This document shows, in pieces, positions 51,842 through 62,202 of a stretch of DNA of 64,000 nt (positions within the stretch are counted from its first letter, which is position 1; every line of letters begins with the position of its first letter). Origin of the DNA: an uncultured cyanobacterium (lineage in GTDB: Bacteria > Cyanobacteriota > Cyanobacteriia > Cyanobacteriales > Cyanobacteriaceae); the NCBI GenBank assembly GCA_963749915.1, contig CAVVOP010000008.1, positions 384,001 to 448,000 of the forward strand. Direction: 5' to 3'. The notes beneath the pieces were generated by a model. The model searched no databases. It had not been told where the DNA came from and saw only the letters and a list, made by a program, of their open reading frames with translations. The position numbers were made by a program, and so were the translations under genes.

Positions 51842-53053
51842 ATGAATATCATTCCATCTCACTCTCAAGTGCCACAAATGCAGGAGGAAACTGTACCTAT
51901 TAATCTGAATGACTTTGGTCCGATTTCACTTGTTGTTCTGCAACCGACCTCTTTTTGTAATTTAGACTGTGATTACTGTTATTTACCTGAGCGTCATCTG
52001 CAAAAGCGTTTATCTCTGGACTTAATCGAGCCCATTTTCCAAGCTATCTTTACCAGTCCATTTCTCGGTGACGATTTTGATATTTGCTGGCACGCTGGCG
52101 AACCCTTAACTATGCCCATTAGCTTCTATGAAGCTGCTTTTGCCAAAATCATGGCGACTAATGCACGACATAATCAGAGTGAATTTACCTTTAGTCACTC
52201 ATTTCAAACCAATGGTACTCTCCTGACACAAGCCTGGTGTGATTTCTTCAAACAGCATCCTGTTCATGTGGGCGTTAGTTTAGATGGACCTGCCTTTCTT
52301 CACGATGCCCATCGCCAAAATCGTCAAGGGAAGGGATTGCATCATCTCACCATGCGGGGAATTGATTATTTGCAAGCCAATGAAATATCCTACAGCGTTA
52401 TTGCCGTGATCACCGAAGACTCTCTGGATTATCCCGATGAGATTTTTAACTTTTTTGTAGAACATGGCATCTCAGACGTAGCATTTAATTTTGAAGAAAC
52501 AGAGGGAGTCAATCTTGTATCTTCTCTTGGTTCAGATCCACAGATTGAACAACGCTATCGGCAATTTATTCAGCGGATTTGGGATTTAACCAAGCAGAGT
52601 ACAACAACATTTAGTTTGCGGGAATTTGAGGTGTTAGGCAGTTTAATCTATACAGGCGATCGCCTTCAGAACACTGAAATGAATAAGCCCTTTGCCATCG
52701 TCAATTTCGATACAGAGGGGAATTTTTCCACCTTTGACCCAGAGTTGCTGGGGATAACAGTGAAGCCTTATGGTTCTTTCATTTTAGGCAATGTATTGTG
52801 CGATAGTTTAGCCTCAGTATGTCAAAGTGAGAAATTTTTGCAGATTTATGAAGATCTACAAGTTGGTGTGAATCAATGCCGAGAAACTTGCAGCTATTTT
52901 GGGGTTTGTGGCGGAGGTTCTGGTAGTAACAAATATTGGGAAAATGGTACTTTTCGTTCGGCTCAGACTCAGGCTTGTTACTATAGCATTCAAGTTTTAA
53001 CTGATGTAATTGTTGATGATTTAGAGAAGTATTTAGGACTGGCTACATCTTAG
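51842..53053 (+). CDS. grrM: GrrM/OscB-family cyclophane-forming radical SAM/SPASM maturase
   Basis: LQPTSFCNLDCDYCYLP, WHAGEPL, STFDPELL, C..TC.YFGVCGGG.GSNKYWENG. Confidence 0.92.
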   Translation: MNIIPSHSQVPQMQEETVPINLNDFGPISLVVLQPTSFCNLDCDYCYLPERHLQKRLSLDLIEPIFQAIFTSPFLGDDFDICWHAGEPLTMPISFYEAAFAKIMATNARHNQSEFTFSHSFQTNGTLLTQAWCDFFKQHPVHVGVSLDGPAFLHDAHRQNRQGKGLHHLTMRGIDYLQANEISYSVIAVITEDSLDYPDEIFNFFVEHGISDVAFNFEETEGVNLVSSLGSDPQIEQRYRQFIQRIWDLTKQSTTTFSLREFEVLGSLIYTGDRLQNTEMNKPFAIVNFDTEGNFSTFDPELLGITVKPYGSFILGNVLCDSLASVCQSEKFLQIYEDLQVGVNQCRETCSYFGVCGGGSGSNKYWENGTFRSAQTQACYYSIQVLTDVIVDDLEKYLGLATS

Positions 53054-53098
53054 AAATGAGAATTAAATAAAAAAGATTTGCATGCGATCGCCATCAAA

Positions 53099-53378
53099 TT
53101 AAAAATCTAGTTCAACGACCCCTCCACGTTGGAAAGTTAGATCAGAATAAGTAATACCATACTGTTTTAAATACATCTGTTCTCTTTGTTCAAATTGCTT
53201 AATTTGTCTTTTCTTTAAGGCTTCATATTGAGCAATACGAGACTCATTTATACCTTCAGATAACAGAAACTCACGATATTCTTGTTTCATCGTTCCATCT
53301 TCATGGTAATTTCGTTTATCGATCAGACGGAGTCTGGCGCTGCGCGATCGGACTCCAAAAATCTGATGCTTTAGCCAT
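53099..53378 (-). pseudogene. Small hypothetical gene frameshifted by a 25-nt insertion
   Basis: AAGGAGG RBS, ATG 53378; removing 53321-53345 gives a continuous 84-aa ORF MAKASDFWSPIDKRNYHEDGTMKQEY... Confidence 0.8.
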
Positions 53379-53389
53379 TTTTACCTCCT

Positions 53390-54445
53390 TAATTTTTACA
53401 GCATTTGAACTTCTTTAGATCCTTTAGCTCTCCTATTATTCCTAATGCTAACTTGCGCTGATGCGAAACGAGCAGATGATTTAGCCCATGCATGCTCTTA
53501 ATCCAGCTATTTTCTCTTTTTCCCGAATCGCTAAAGGTACAGTTGATTTGATTGCTCGTTCAATATCTTCATACTGAATATTAGGATAGCGATCGTCATC
53601 AAAACAAGCGATTGCAACATCGTCAACTATACCAGCTAATTCCGCACCACTAAAATTATCAGCCAATTGAGCTAATGCTTCTAACTCTTGGTCAGTTAGA
53701 ATAACATCGTGACGGGTTAGATGCAATGCCAATATCTCACTACGTTCTGCTTGATGGGGCAAATCGACGAAAAAGATTTCATCAAATCTACTTTTGCGAG
53801 ATAATTCTGGAGGTAAAGAAGATATATCATTAGCCGTTGCCACAACGAATACCGGTGCTTTATGCTCACTCATCCACGTAAGGAATTGACCGAATACTCT
53901 TTGAGAGACACCATTATCATTTGCACCGCTACTACCAGCCAGACCTTTTTCAATCTCATCCATCCACAAAACACAAGGGGCAACGGCTTCCGCTGTTTTC
54001 AGGAGCTGACGCATATTTTTCTCTGATTCACCTACCAGTGAATTGTAGATATTACCCATATCGAGCTTGAGAATGGGAATACTCCACATTTGCCCGATCG
54101 TCTTGGCAACTAAACTTTTGCCAGTACCAGGTACACCCACAAGCATGATTCCTTTAGGTGATGGTAATTTGGAGTTACTTAATTGTTCAGAAAACAATTT
54201 AGAGCGTTGATTAATCCATTGTTTGAGATTATCTAATCCACCTACTGCCATATCAGGTGGTTCACTAAATTCTACCTGTAGTTTACGTAATTTATTTATT
54301 TTTAACTGGCTGACTCTCTGGTAACAATTTTCAGTGATACCTTGATCTGCAACTGCCGATAATCTGATGGCATCTCTAATTTCTTCGATCGTCAACCCCT
54401 GAGATGATCTGATTAACTTCTCTCCCTCTGGAGTATTTAGGTCTA
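53390..54445 (-). pseudogene. Ycf46-like AAA ATPase, 5'-truncated and 3'-frameshifted
   Basis: [39 protein letters not shown] duplication at 53487-53494; 3' boundary approximate. Confidence 0.85.
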
Positions 54446-54690
54446 GGGAATCTCGAAAAATATAAAATACTTTAAAAAGGTTACAAGTCCGAGATATTTT
54501 TGAGGAGTCTAAAATTGACAGAAGGAGTCGTCCGCTTATAAACTGAGGCCAGGAAAATTGAGAGTTAGAACCAATGAATCAATTTAAGGGGGAACCTTTT
54601 CAAGCCAGACTAGAAAAACTCAATCAACAGAAAGACTTTCTCCATCGACTCAATCAGATAATTCCCTGGGAAGAATTTAGACCCTTCTCG
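54446..54690 (+). mobile_element. IS5-family left end plus transposase N-terminal fragment
   Basis: Begins at CTAG truncating the AAA gene; RLEKLNQQKDFLHRLNQIIPWEEFRP. Confidence 0.65.
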
Positions 54691-54776
54691 GACATTGTGT
54701 GGAGAGAGGACAAAAAATATCGCTTAATATTAAAATAAGTAGCTGTATTTCAAGCTACCTTTGAGAGTGAAGTTAA

Positions 54777-55124
54777 TTACGGATTAGGGAAAAATACAAC
54801 TTTACCGATAATTCCGAGTAATCCTGTCACCAAAACTCCGACAATACCAAAAAATCCTATAGTCATAGTATTTAAGCGATTCTCGACATTATCAAGTCTT
54901 TTAACTATTTGCTCATTTTGGGTTTTAATCTTCTCTACATCAATGTTGACAACTGTTAAATCGTTTTGAACACGATCAATTTTCTTATCAAGTAATTCAA
55001 ACTTGGAATCTATTTTTTGATTTAGGTGGTCAAATTTTGAGTTTATTTTCTCGTCTAATTTATCGATTTTTGCGTCAATCTTATTGAGTACATCGATTAA
55101 ATTAACTTCTATTGTTTGAGTCAT
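54777..55124 (-). CDS. Small coiled-coil protein with C-terminal TM helix
   Basis: Heptad repeats KID.KFD/E, hydrophobic tail ending FFPNP. Confidence 0.75.
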   Translation of the reverse strand: MTQTIEVNLIDVLNKIDAKIDKLDEKINSKFDHLNQKIDSKFELLDKKIDRVQNDLTVVNIDVEKIKTQNEQIVKRLDNVENRLNTMTIGFFGIVGVLVTGLLGIIGKVVFFPNP

Positions 55125-56044
55125 GTTAAAATTCCCATTAAGATGTTTACAAATATTTAGTTAGGAGTAGGTTAGCCTCTACTTCTAACTAAAATTTTAC
55201 TCTACTATTAACTATTAGACATCTCCAAAAATTTATGATTCTTTCATTATAAGCATTTGAAACCTTTTTACTCCTAGGGCGATCGCCGGCTCTTAATCCT
55301 GTTATTTCGTCAAAAATCAAGAAAAATACAATTTTGATGAAAAAATATGGGTTAACAGAACATCAATTATTTCTCCCGTTTCACTCGTTTTCCGATGTTC
55401 AATTATTAAAGTTCCCATTCTTAATCTTACCAAACCACAAACGCTCAAAAAAACTGATTCATATTCCTCTTTTTTTAGTCTAAATCTTTCTCCCATAACC
55501 TTAAATATTTTGATTATTCTAATTAGATGCTCTACAAATATATCTGCATTTTCCCTCCAAATAGTTATGTCAGCTTTTGGTCCTAGTTCTCCTCCTACTA
55601 CATCTACTATATCTTCCCCTTTTGGCAAACAAATTACTTGATTTTTAAAAGTCTGCATTTTTTTCTTTCCTGAATAATGCTTTTTTTGTTCTTCATAGTC
55701 TAGACTTCTTTCTATTTCTTGTTCTTCTGTATCTACTATGAGCTCATAATTAGTTAAGATTTTTTTGATTTCTTCTAGACTATCCTCGAACTTTTTTACT
55801 TGTTCTCGTAAGGAAGAAGGTAAGGCTAATTCTAATAATTTTTGCCATTTATGAAACACATTATTAGCAGTACTTTCACTCACTTTAAACATTAATGCTA
55901 ATAACTGAAAATTAAGATGGTGTCTCAGATAAACCAAAGTCATAATTATTTGTTCTTCTTTACTTATTTTTTCATCCCTTCCACCTCCTACTTTATTAAT
56001 TCTTATCTTCTTTTGTTCTTGTTTTTGATTCTCTTGTTCTTCTA

Positions 56045-57155
56045 TAGCAGTCCTAAATAGCTTGTGGCATAATTCCATATTCATAAAGTTTAGGGAAATC
56101 AAATATTTGACCGTCCATAAAAAACTTAAATAGCCATTTTACTACTTTAAAAGATTTGCATAAATGATGGAATTCTCTGAGAAAACTTTTTCCTTGTAAC
56201 CAAACGTCTTCTACCGGGTTTTGTTCTGGAGCATTAGGGGCAAATTTTGTACAGATTATTTGCCATTCTTCCTCTGATAAATCTTGATTAATATCATTTA
56301 AGTATTCTCTAAATTCCTTCGAATCATGATAAGTTGCCCCGTCCCAAAATATTGCTAATTTTTTCCCTGGTCTTTGCTTTTGTAAATACTTGATAAAATT
56401 GATAGTATTTTCTGTATTTCCAGTTTCATATTCTTTCACAATAAATTCTTTTGTTTGATAATCCAATGCTCCATAATATGTTTGTCTACTTTTTTCATTT
56501 TTTATCGGAATTTCTATTCTAATATCTGTTCTTCCCCAAACATATCCTAAAATGTCTCCCCAGAGAAGATGGCATTCATCAATCATAAACATAGCTAGCT
56601 TTCCTGCTTCTATTTCTGGTTTCCATTTTTCTAACATTTCCTGAATTTCTTTTTTTTTGGCTTCCACTAATTCATCATTCCTTGCTGGATTCTTTTTTTG
56701 AGTTTTTTTCCAACTTATTCGTGCTTCTTTTAATAAACTATAATAACCTTGATCGGATTCAAAAATAATATTATACTCCTGGTGTAAGTAAAGTTTTAAA
56801 TCTGATAGTCTCAGGTATTCTTTTTCTCTTAACCAATGTATAACTTCTTGTTTTTCTTCAGCTTTTAAGTAATTTTTACGTCCTTTATATTTAACTCTTA
56901 AGTTTTCCACTCCTTCAAATATTGCACAATTTGTCCACTTACTTATAAACTGATGTGATACACCCAATAAATTTTTTATTTTAGAAAAATGGTTTCCTTG
57001 CAACTTCATTTTTACCGCTAAAGCTCTTTTAATTTCTCGAGCATCTTTTGTTTGATTGATAAAATGCTCTAACTCATCTAAAGTACTCATTGTTATTCTT
57101 TCTATTTTGGTTTTAGGCTAATATTATATCTGCCACAACTCAAATAGGATTGCTA
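56045..57155 (-). mobile_element. IS630-family element, apparently intact
   Basis: TA duplication (56043-44, 57156-57); imperfect 25-bp TIRs TAGCA(G/A)TCCTA...TTGTGGCA. Confidence 0.92.
56053..57090 (-). CDS. IS630-family transposase
   Basis: Single ORF with IDE, WDGATYH, PEQNPVE triad. Confidence 0.93.
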   Translation of the reverse strand: MSTLDELEHFINQTKDAREIKRALAVKMKLQGNHFSKIKNLLGVSHQFISKWTNCAIFEGVENLRVKYKGRKNYLKAEEKQEVIHWLREKEYLRLSDLKLYLHQEYNIIFESDQGYYSLLKEARISWKKTQKKNPARNDELVEAKKKEIQEMLEKWKPEIEAGKLAMFMIDECHLLWGDILGYVWGRTDIRIEIPIKNEKSRQTYYGALDYQTKEFIVKEYETGNTENTINFIKYLQKQRPGKKLAIFWDGATYHDSKEFREYLNDINQDLSEEEWQIICTKFAPNAPEQNPVEDVWLQGKSFLREFHHLCKSFKVVKWLFKFFMDGQIFDFPKLYEYGIMPQAI

Positions 57156-57354
57156 TAGCAATTTTAGATATTTCCCTAAATCTTGCAACTGATCATAATT
57201 AATACCTAATAGTCTTTTAGTTTCTTGGGGATGGCTCTGAATATAGTTCCAAGTATAATTATTCATTGTTTTTGATATTTTTTACCTCAGAAGTTAAAGT
57301 TATTATACTAATTTTCTGATATTATTATATTTTGGAGATGTCTAATAAAGTTAA

Positions 57355-57538
57355 TTATTTAATTGATAGATAAGTTAATTTTTCTCCTAGTTCTGCATAC
57401 TTCAAGGCTTCGGAGTCACCATTAATTACTGCTTCTTTAAGTGCCTTTTTATCTACTTCTATTGTTACCTTCTGGTATTGTTGAGGATAGCTTTTAGCAT
57501 CTTCTCTGATTGAGATACACTTCTGTGACTTCTTATAA
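57355..57538 (-). pseudogene. Siphovirus Gp157-like protein C-terminal fragment
   Basis: P.QYQKVTIEVDKKALKEA...AEL....YLSIK; 5' part cut at the IS1634 end. Confidence 0.6.
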
Positions 57539-59114
57539 CCCACATTCCGCACGTCAAACTGTATAAATTCAGATTACGAGGTTAGAGGTTGAACAGTGAT
57601 TGACTACGACAAGAAATACTCAGTGATTAGTTCTCTAGCTTATAAAGAGAACTCAGATAAATTAGTAGAAAAATGAGCAACGTTCCATTAATCATTTAGG
57701 ATTAATTGCTTTTTTATCTAGTAATGTAAAATATATAGGAATAGCTCGTTGATTATAAACTAAACTTACCATCAATATATTAATATTTTGCCACTGTGTT
57801 CTATCAATTACGAAATAGATGACTTTTTTCGATTCCCAATTATTAATAATCCCTGATTTTAAAATGGGAAACCAGATAGTTTCAATTTTCCAATTTTCCA
57901 GACTTAGAAATCGTTGTAACTTTTTAATTCTACTTCTTAATTTAATCGGATAAGGAAAAAGTTTTGCCATTTCTTCTAACCTGACAGTTTTAAGATTTTG
58001 AAGTAAGTTAACTAAAAGACAAAGAGTTAAATATTGAGGTAAATTAAACTGCTTTTTTAAATTATCCTGATAATATTGAGGAAGTTGAAACATTTTTTTC
58101 TATGGCAATTAATATAAAAACTGAAAATATCTTATCTTTATCCAGATTAGCATGTTCAATCCCTTATAGAATCGTCTGTTTAGCTTCATTGTCGCCCCCT
58201 CAGTGGAGTTATAGATGAAATTGGGATTGAAGAAATTATTAACGATGCCCTCGGTATTGACGAGAGGGAAATCGTGACAGCAGGTCAAATAGTCAAAGCA
58301 ATTATTCTGAACGGATTAGGATTTATTTCTCGACCTCTTTATCTATTTCCACAGTTTTTTAAAGACAAAGCCACAGAACATTTAATCGGAAAGTGAATTA
58401 AATAATCACCAGAAAAAATCGAAAAAGAAAGGAGAAAAATCAGGAAAAATTCACAAAATTATGGCGGTGATAGAATCAGATTTAATCAAAATAAATGAAT
58501 TAGAAAAAAGAGCAGGAAGATTTGTGTTGGCAACAAACAGATTGGATAAAAGTAAATTTAGTTCAAATGAAATTCTAATAAAATATAAAGAGCAACAAGC
58601 AGCAGAGAGAAGTTTTGGCTTTCTCAAAGATCCATTATTTTTTGCAGATAGTGTGTTTTTAAAAAGTCCAAAAAGAATAGAAACAATGGCAATGTGTTTT
58701 TGGGATTATGCCTGTTAGTATATTCTTTAGGGCAAAGAGAAATACGTCGCTTATTAAAAGAGAAAAAAATCGGAATAAAAAATCAATTAGGAAAACTAAC
58801 GGAACGTCCGACGTTAAGATGGATATTTCAAAGTTTTCAAGGAATTCATTTAGTAATAAATAGAGGAAAAGAACAGATAGTAAATCTAACAAATGAACGA
58901 AAACTAATTTTAAGTTTTTTCCCAATTTCTTGTCATAATTATTATATTTTATCTGGATAACTTGATAACTTATTGGATTTAAGAGTCTAAATATTCTCAA
59001 TTATAATACCATAAATAAAGAAGATATTGAGTATTATTACTTATATTTTGTCCAAAATAAGTTGCTTGGTTTTAATACTTTTATCATCTTACAAAGTGAC
59101 GTGCGGAATGTGGG
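57539..59114 (+). mobile_element. Degraded IS1634-family element containing an IS4 fragment
   Basis: 18-bp TIR CCCACATTCCGCACGTCA; fragments NHLGLIA/GVIDEIG, GRFVLATN, YKEQQ..ERSFGFLKDP, PTLRWIFQ. Confidence 0.85.
57711..58203 (-). mobile_element. IS4-family 5' fragment nested in IS1634
   Basis: End CTGAGGGGGCGACAATG; ORF with VRLE, KKLQRFL, IDRTQW, RAIPIY; truncated. Confidence 0.75.
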
Positions 59115-59297
59115 ATGACAATACCAAATCTCCTCTGGTAGAACCACAACCATTGGTCCGCTGCCGCACTTCCCAAAGCACCCAGTGCTCTGAACCACAA
59201 CATCCGATGGAGCCTGAGACTGGAAGGCTTTTAACACTGCGGTTGCTCCTTGCCGAGGACAAGTTTCATGCTGACAAACCAAAATCGTTCTAGACAT
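59115..59297 (-). pseudogene. Thioredoxin-like [2Fe-2S] ferredoxin truncated by IS1634
   Basis: VCQHETC..G, GCFGKCGSGPMV, WY; then runs into the IS end. Confidence 0.82.
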
Positions 59298-59429
59298 TAG
59301 ACTTCTCCAGAAATTATAGTTAGATGAACATAAAACAGTAAAAAACTATAAAAATTGAGGTTTTATAAACTGCACAGATGATAGGTTGTATGGGGTTCAA
59401 TGAGGAAAACTCGTCCCCAAATTTTAACG

Positions 59430-59600
59430 AAAGCGATCAACATATTCTTTTGAGAACTTTAAACCAGCTCCTGTTAAATCCATTACTTTCTTCATAGCAC
59501 CAACAACATCTCCACTCTTTACTATGGTGGCAATTTCCAATTCTAATTCAGGAGGAAGTTCTACTTTTCCTGTCTTCTTATCATATGGATACTTTGTCAT
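59430..59600 (-). pseudogene. Small L7/L12 C-terminal-like domain gene, probably frameshifted
   Basis: MTKYPY...GAMKKVMDLTGAG, then KEYVDR in another frame. Confidence 0.35.
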
Positions 59601-59748
59601 TTTATAAGTCTCTTAATATAAAGAAAAAGAATACTTGCTACATCACTTACTATTGTATCGAAGGCACAGTATAACTTCCAACAATAGAAAATCAAAAAGT
59701 GATCACTCTTGATAGTGGTCTTTAGTTGTGACCGTCGAGTGGTCAATT

Positions 59749-60273
59749 TCATGATAATGAATAATTACTATTCTCATCAAAAAACCATCCTTTACCTTCT
59801 GGGTCTTTTGATTTCGTCCATTCTATATATTCTTCTTTCGTTATCTTATTATCTCTAAATTTCTTTTTATATTGATTTATTGCACCTCTGGAGACATTAA
59901 ATCTTTTAGCTAATTCTGTTGTATTTAATTCTATTCGCTCAAGGTTATCTGATAAGCGATCGCTTTCTAATTCTATATTTTCAGATGATTTTTTCTGTTT
60001 CTTTTCAGGTATGCTACTTGATAGTTTACTAAGTGTATTAACTAATTCTTTTAATTCTTGTACTTCTTTTTTAAGCTGTTCAAATTCAACTAAAGTAACA
60101 CCACCAATCCAAGTTTTTTTAATAAGTAAAGTTTCTTCAAGCCCAAAATATTCAGCAATAATCACGTTTAATGCTCTTGAGCAATTAAGATTATTTTCCT
60201 TACAAAATTGGTCAAATCTTTCGTAAAGTTCGGGAATTATATATCCTGCTACCCTTTCATTTTCAGTAGTCAT
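59749..60273 (-). CDS. Hypothetical DNA-binding protein (RHH-like N-terminus, HTH-like C-terminus)
   Basis: RVAGYI.PELYERF, TELAKRFNVS, WTKSKDPEG..W. Confidence 0.6.
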   Translation of the reverse strand: MTTENERVAGYIIPELYERFDQFCKENNLNCSRALNVIIAEYFGLEETLLIKKTWIGGVTLVEFEQLKKEVQELKELVNTLSKLSSSIPEKKQKKSSENIELESDRLSDNLERIELNTTELAKRFNVSRGAINQYKKKFRDNKITKEEYIEWTKSKDPEGKGWFFDENSNYSLS

Positions 60274-60484
60274 TATATATTGAGTAAATTAATAGCGTAT
60301 TAATATTATCATGAAGAATATGTTACTAAGTATTTTTATGGTATGCTACTTTTTCACAACAAGTCTAATGAAAAAGTTTTTGTCATAAAGAGCACACCAA
60401 AGTTGCACCTACAGCAGTCAGGCTACGCCAGCCCTGTGCGATCGCATCGAGGTACATTTGTGAGTTAGACTAAATCTTTGATTA

Positions 60485-61865
60485 CTAAACAATGCCCACT
60501 ACCTGTTTGGAGAAAGTTGTTCGTTTTCTTTGGACAATTAAGGGAACACCACCAGCAGGGGCAATAGCTAAACCTCGACGCTGTGGTTCTACCAATTTAT
60601 TGCTCGCCAAAGTTAGTTCGTATTGAGAGATTATAGATGCCAAAACTAGCTTCATTTCTAATTCAGCTAAAGCATATCCCAAACAGCGACGATTTCCTCC
60701 ACCAAAAGGAAAGTATTCATAACCAGAAAATTGTCTTTCTAAAAAACGTTCTGGCTTAAATTTTTCTGGCTCTGGATATAAATCTTCTCGATAATGAACC
60801 AGATAAATACTAGGAGTTAGCCAAGTTTCTGGCTCAAATTGATATCCCATAATTTTCATGGCTGTTTTCGTAATCCGAGGGAAAATAATTGGAATTACTG
60901 GATACATACGTAAAACTTCTTGACAAACAGCATTGAGATAGGGAAGTTTGGCTATTTCTAAAGGTTCCAGATTTTTTCCTTGTTGCTCAAATTCCTCAGA
61001 CAATTTTTGCAGAACAGAAGGATGTCCGAGAAGCTCATAAAAAGCCCAAGCCATCATAGTAGCAGTCGTTTCGTGACCAGCAAACAATAAAGTTAATAAC
61101 TCGTCTTTTAATTCAGCATTGGTTAATGTCTTTCCTGTTTCATCTTTGGCTGCCATCATTAAACTGAGAACATCATTCCCAATTTGGTTGCCTCCCGAAT
61201 GTCTTTCATCAATTTCCTCTTGTAATAGCTCATAAATTTGTCTTTGACGATTCTTTTATTCGTCCCCAAGGACTCCAAGTTCCCCAATCTTGTTGCAAAA
61301 ATTTCAGAAACAGAAAGCTAGAACGTAATGGGGAATCTGTTGCATCCAACATTTCAGCTAGTAACGGTTTAATTTTTTGATATCGTTTTCCCTCCGAAAT
61401 CCCAAAGACTACTTGTAAAATAACTTCTAAACTTATATCTTGCATTGCCTTACGTGCAATGATACGTTGATTTTCTTGCCACTGACTAGCTACTTGGGTA
61501 GCAATATCGCAGATTGATTGTGCGTATAATTGCAAACTTTGCCCATGAAAAGGAGGCATTAATAATTTTCGTTCTCGTTGATGACGCTCACCATCGTATA
61601 AAAACAGAGAATTTTCTCCCACAAGAGGCTCAACTAGGTAATTAGAACGCCCAACGTCGAAATTTTTAGGATTTTGATTGAAAATTTCTTTTATTCCTAC
61701 TGGGTTTCCGATGAACACAAAGGGAGAAAAACCATTCATCTTCAAAGTAAAAATATCTCCATAACGCTGGGCACATTCTTTCTGATACATTAAAGGATCT
61801 TGTATCCAGCGTATTAACTGCCACCAAGAAGGACTATTCGGACCGTTAGGTAATTTATTGATCAT
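60485..61865 (-). pseudogene. Cytochrome P450 (CYP110-like), single frameshift
   Basis: [24 protein letters not shown]; one extra base in the run at 61254-61257 splits the ORF. Confidence 0.88.
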
Positions 61866-62202
61866 TTACTTGATTTACTTTTTACAATACTTAGTGTATT
61901 ACTTTTTTATTATTAGTTTGAAAGTAAAGCCACCCGAATATTGTACCTATAATTAAAGGTAGTTTATTAAGATTTCATCACCCATAATTTATCATTCAGA
62001 TAACGTTAGGCAATTATACTGACTATCTATAGATTTATCTTGCTTGAGTTGTTCAATTTATTTTGTGTTGTCAGGTTCAATAGCCACAAAACCGTCTTTT
62101 ATCTCATACCATTTTTTTATATATTGCTTAACCCCAAACAGTATCGTTACTATTCACTGTTAATAAGCTATAATTGTAGGACTATGCTCAATTCTAAAAA
62201 TA

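Larger units (their letters stand above)
55216..57344 (-). mobile_element. IS5-family (ISL2-like) element, copy 2, interrupted by IS630
   Basis: Same TIRs and near-identical sequence to 34373-35419 in reverse orientation. Confidence 0.88.

Noticed and set aside
55317..56102. 261-aa ORF as an independent transposase
   Set aside because: Its first residues come from the IS630 end; it is the interrupted ISL2-like gene
60410..60446. GC-rich patch beside HIP1 (similar one at about 31145-31172)
   Set aside because: Possibly other small dispersed repeats, but no second copy or empty site is available to support it
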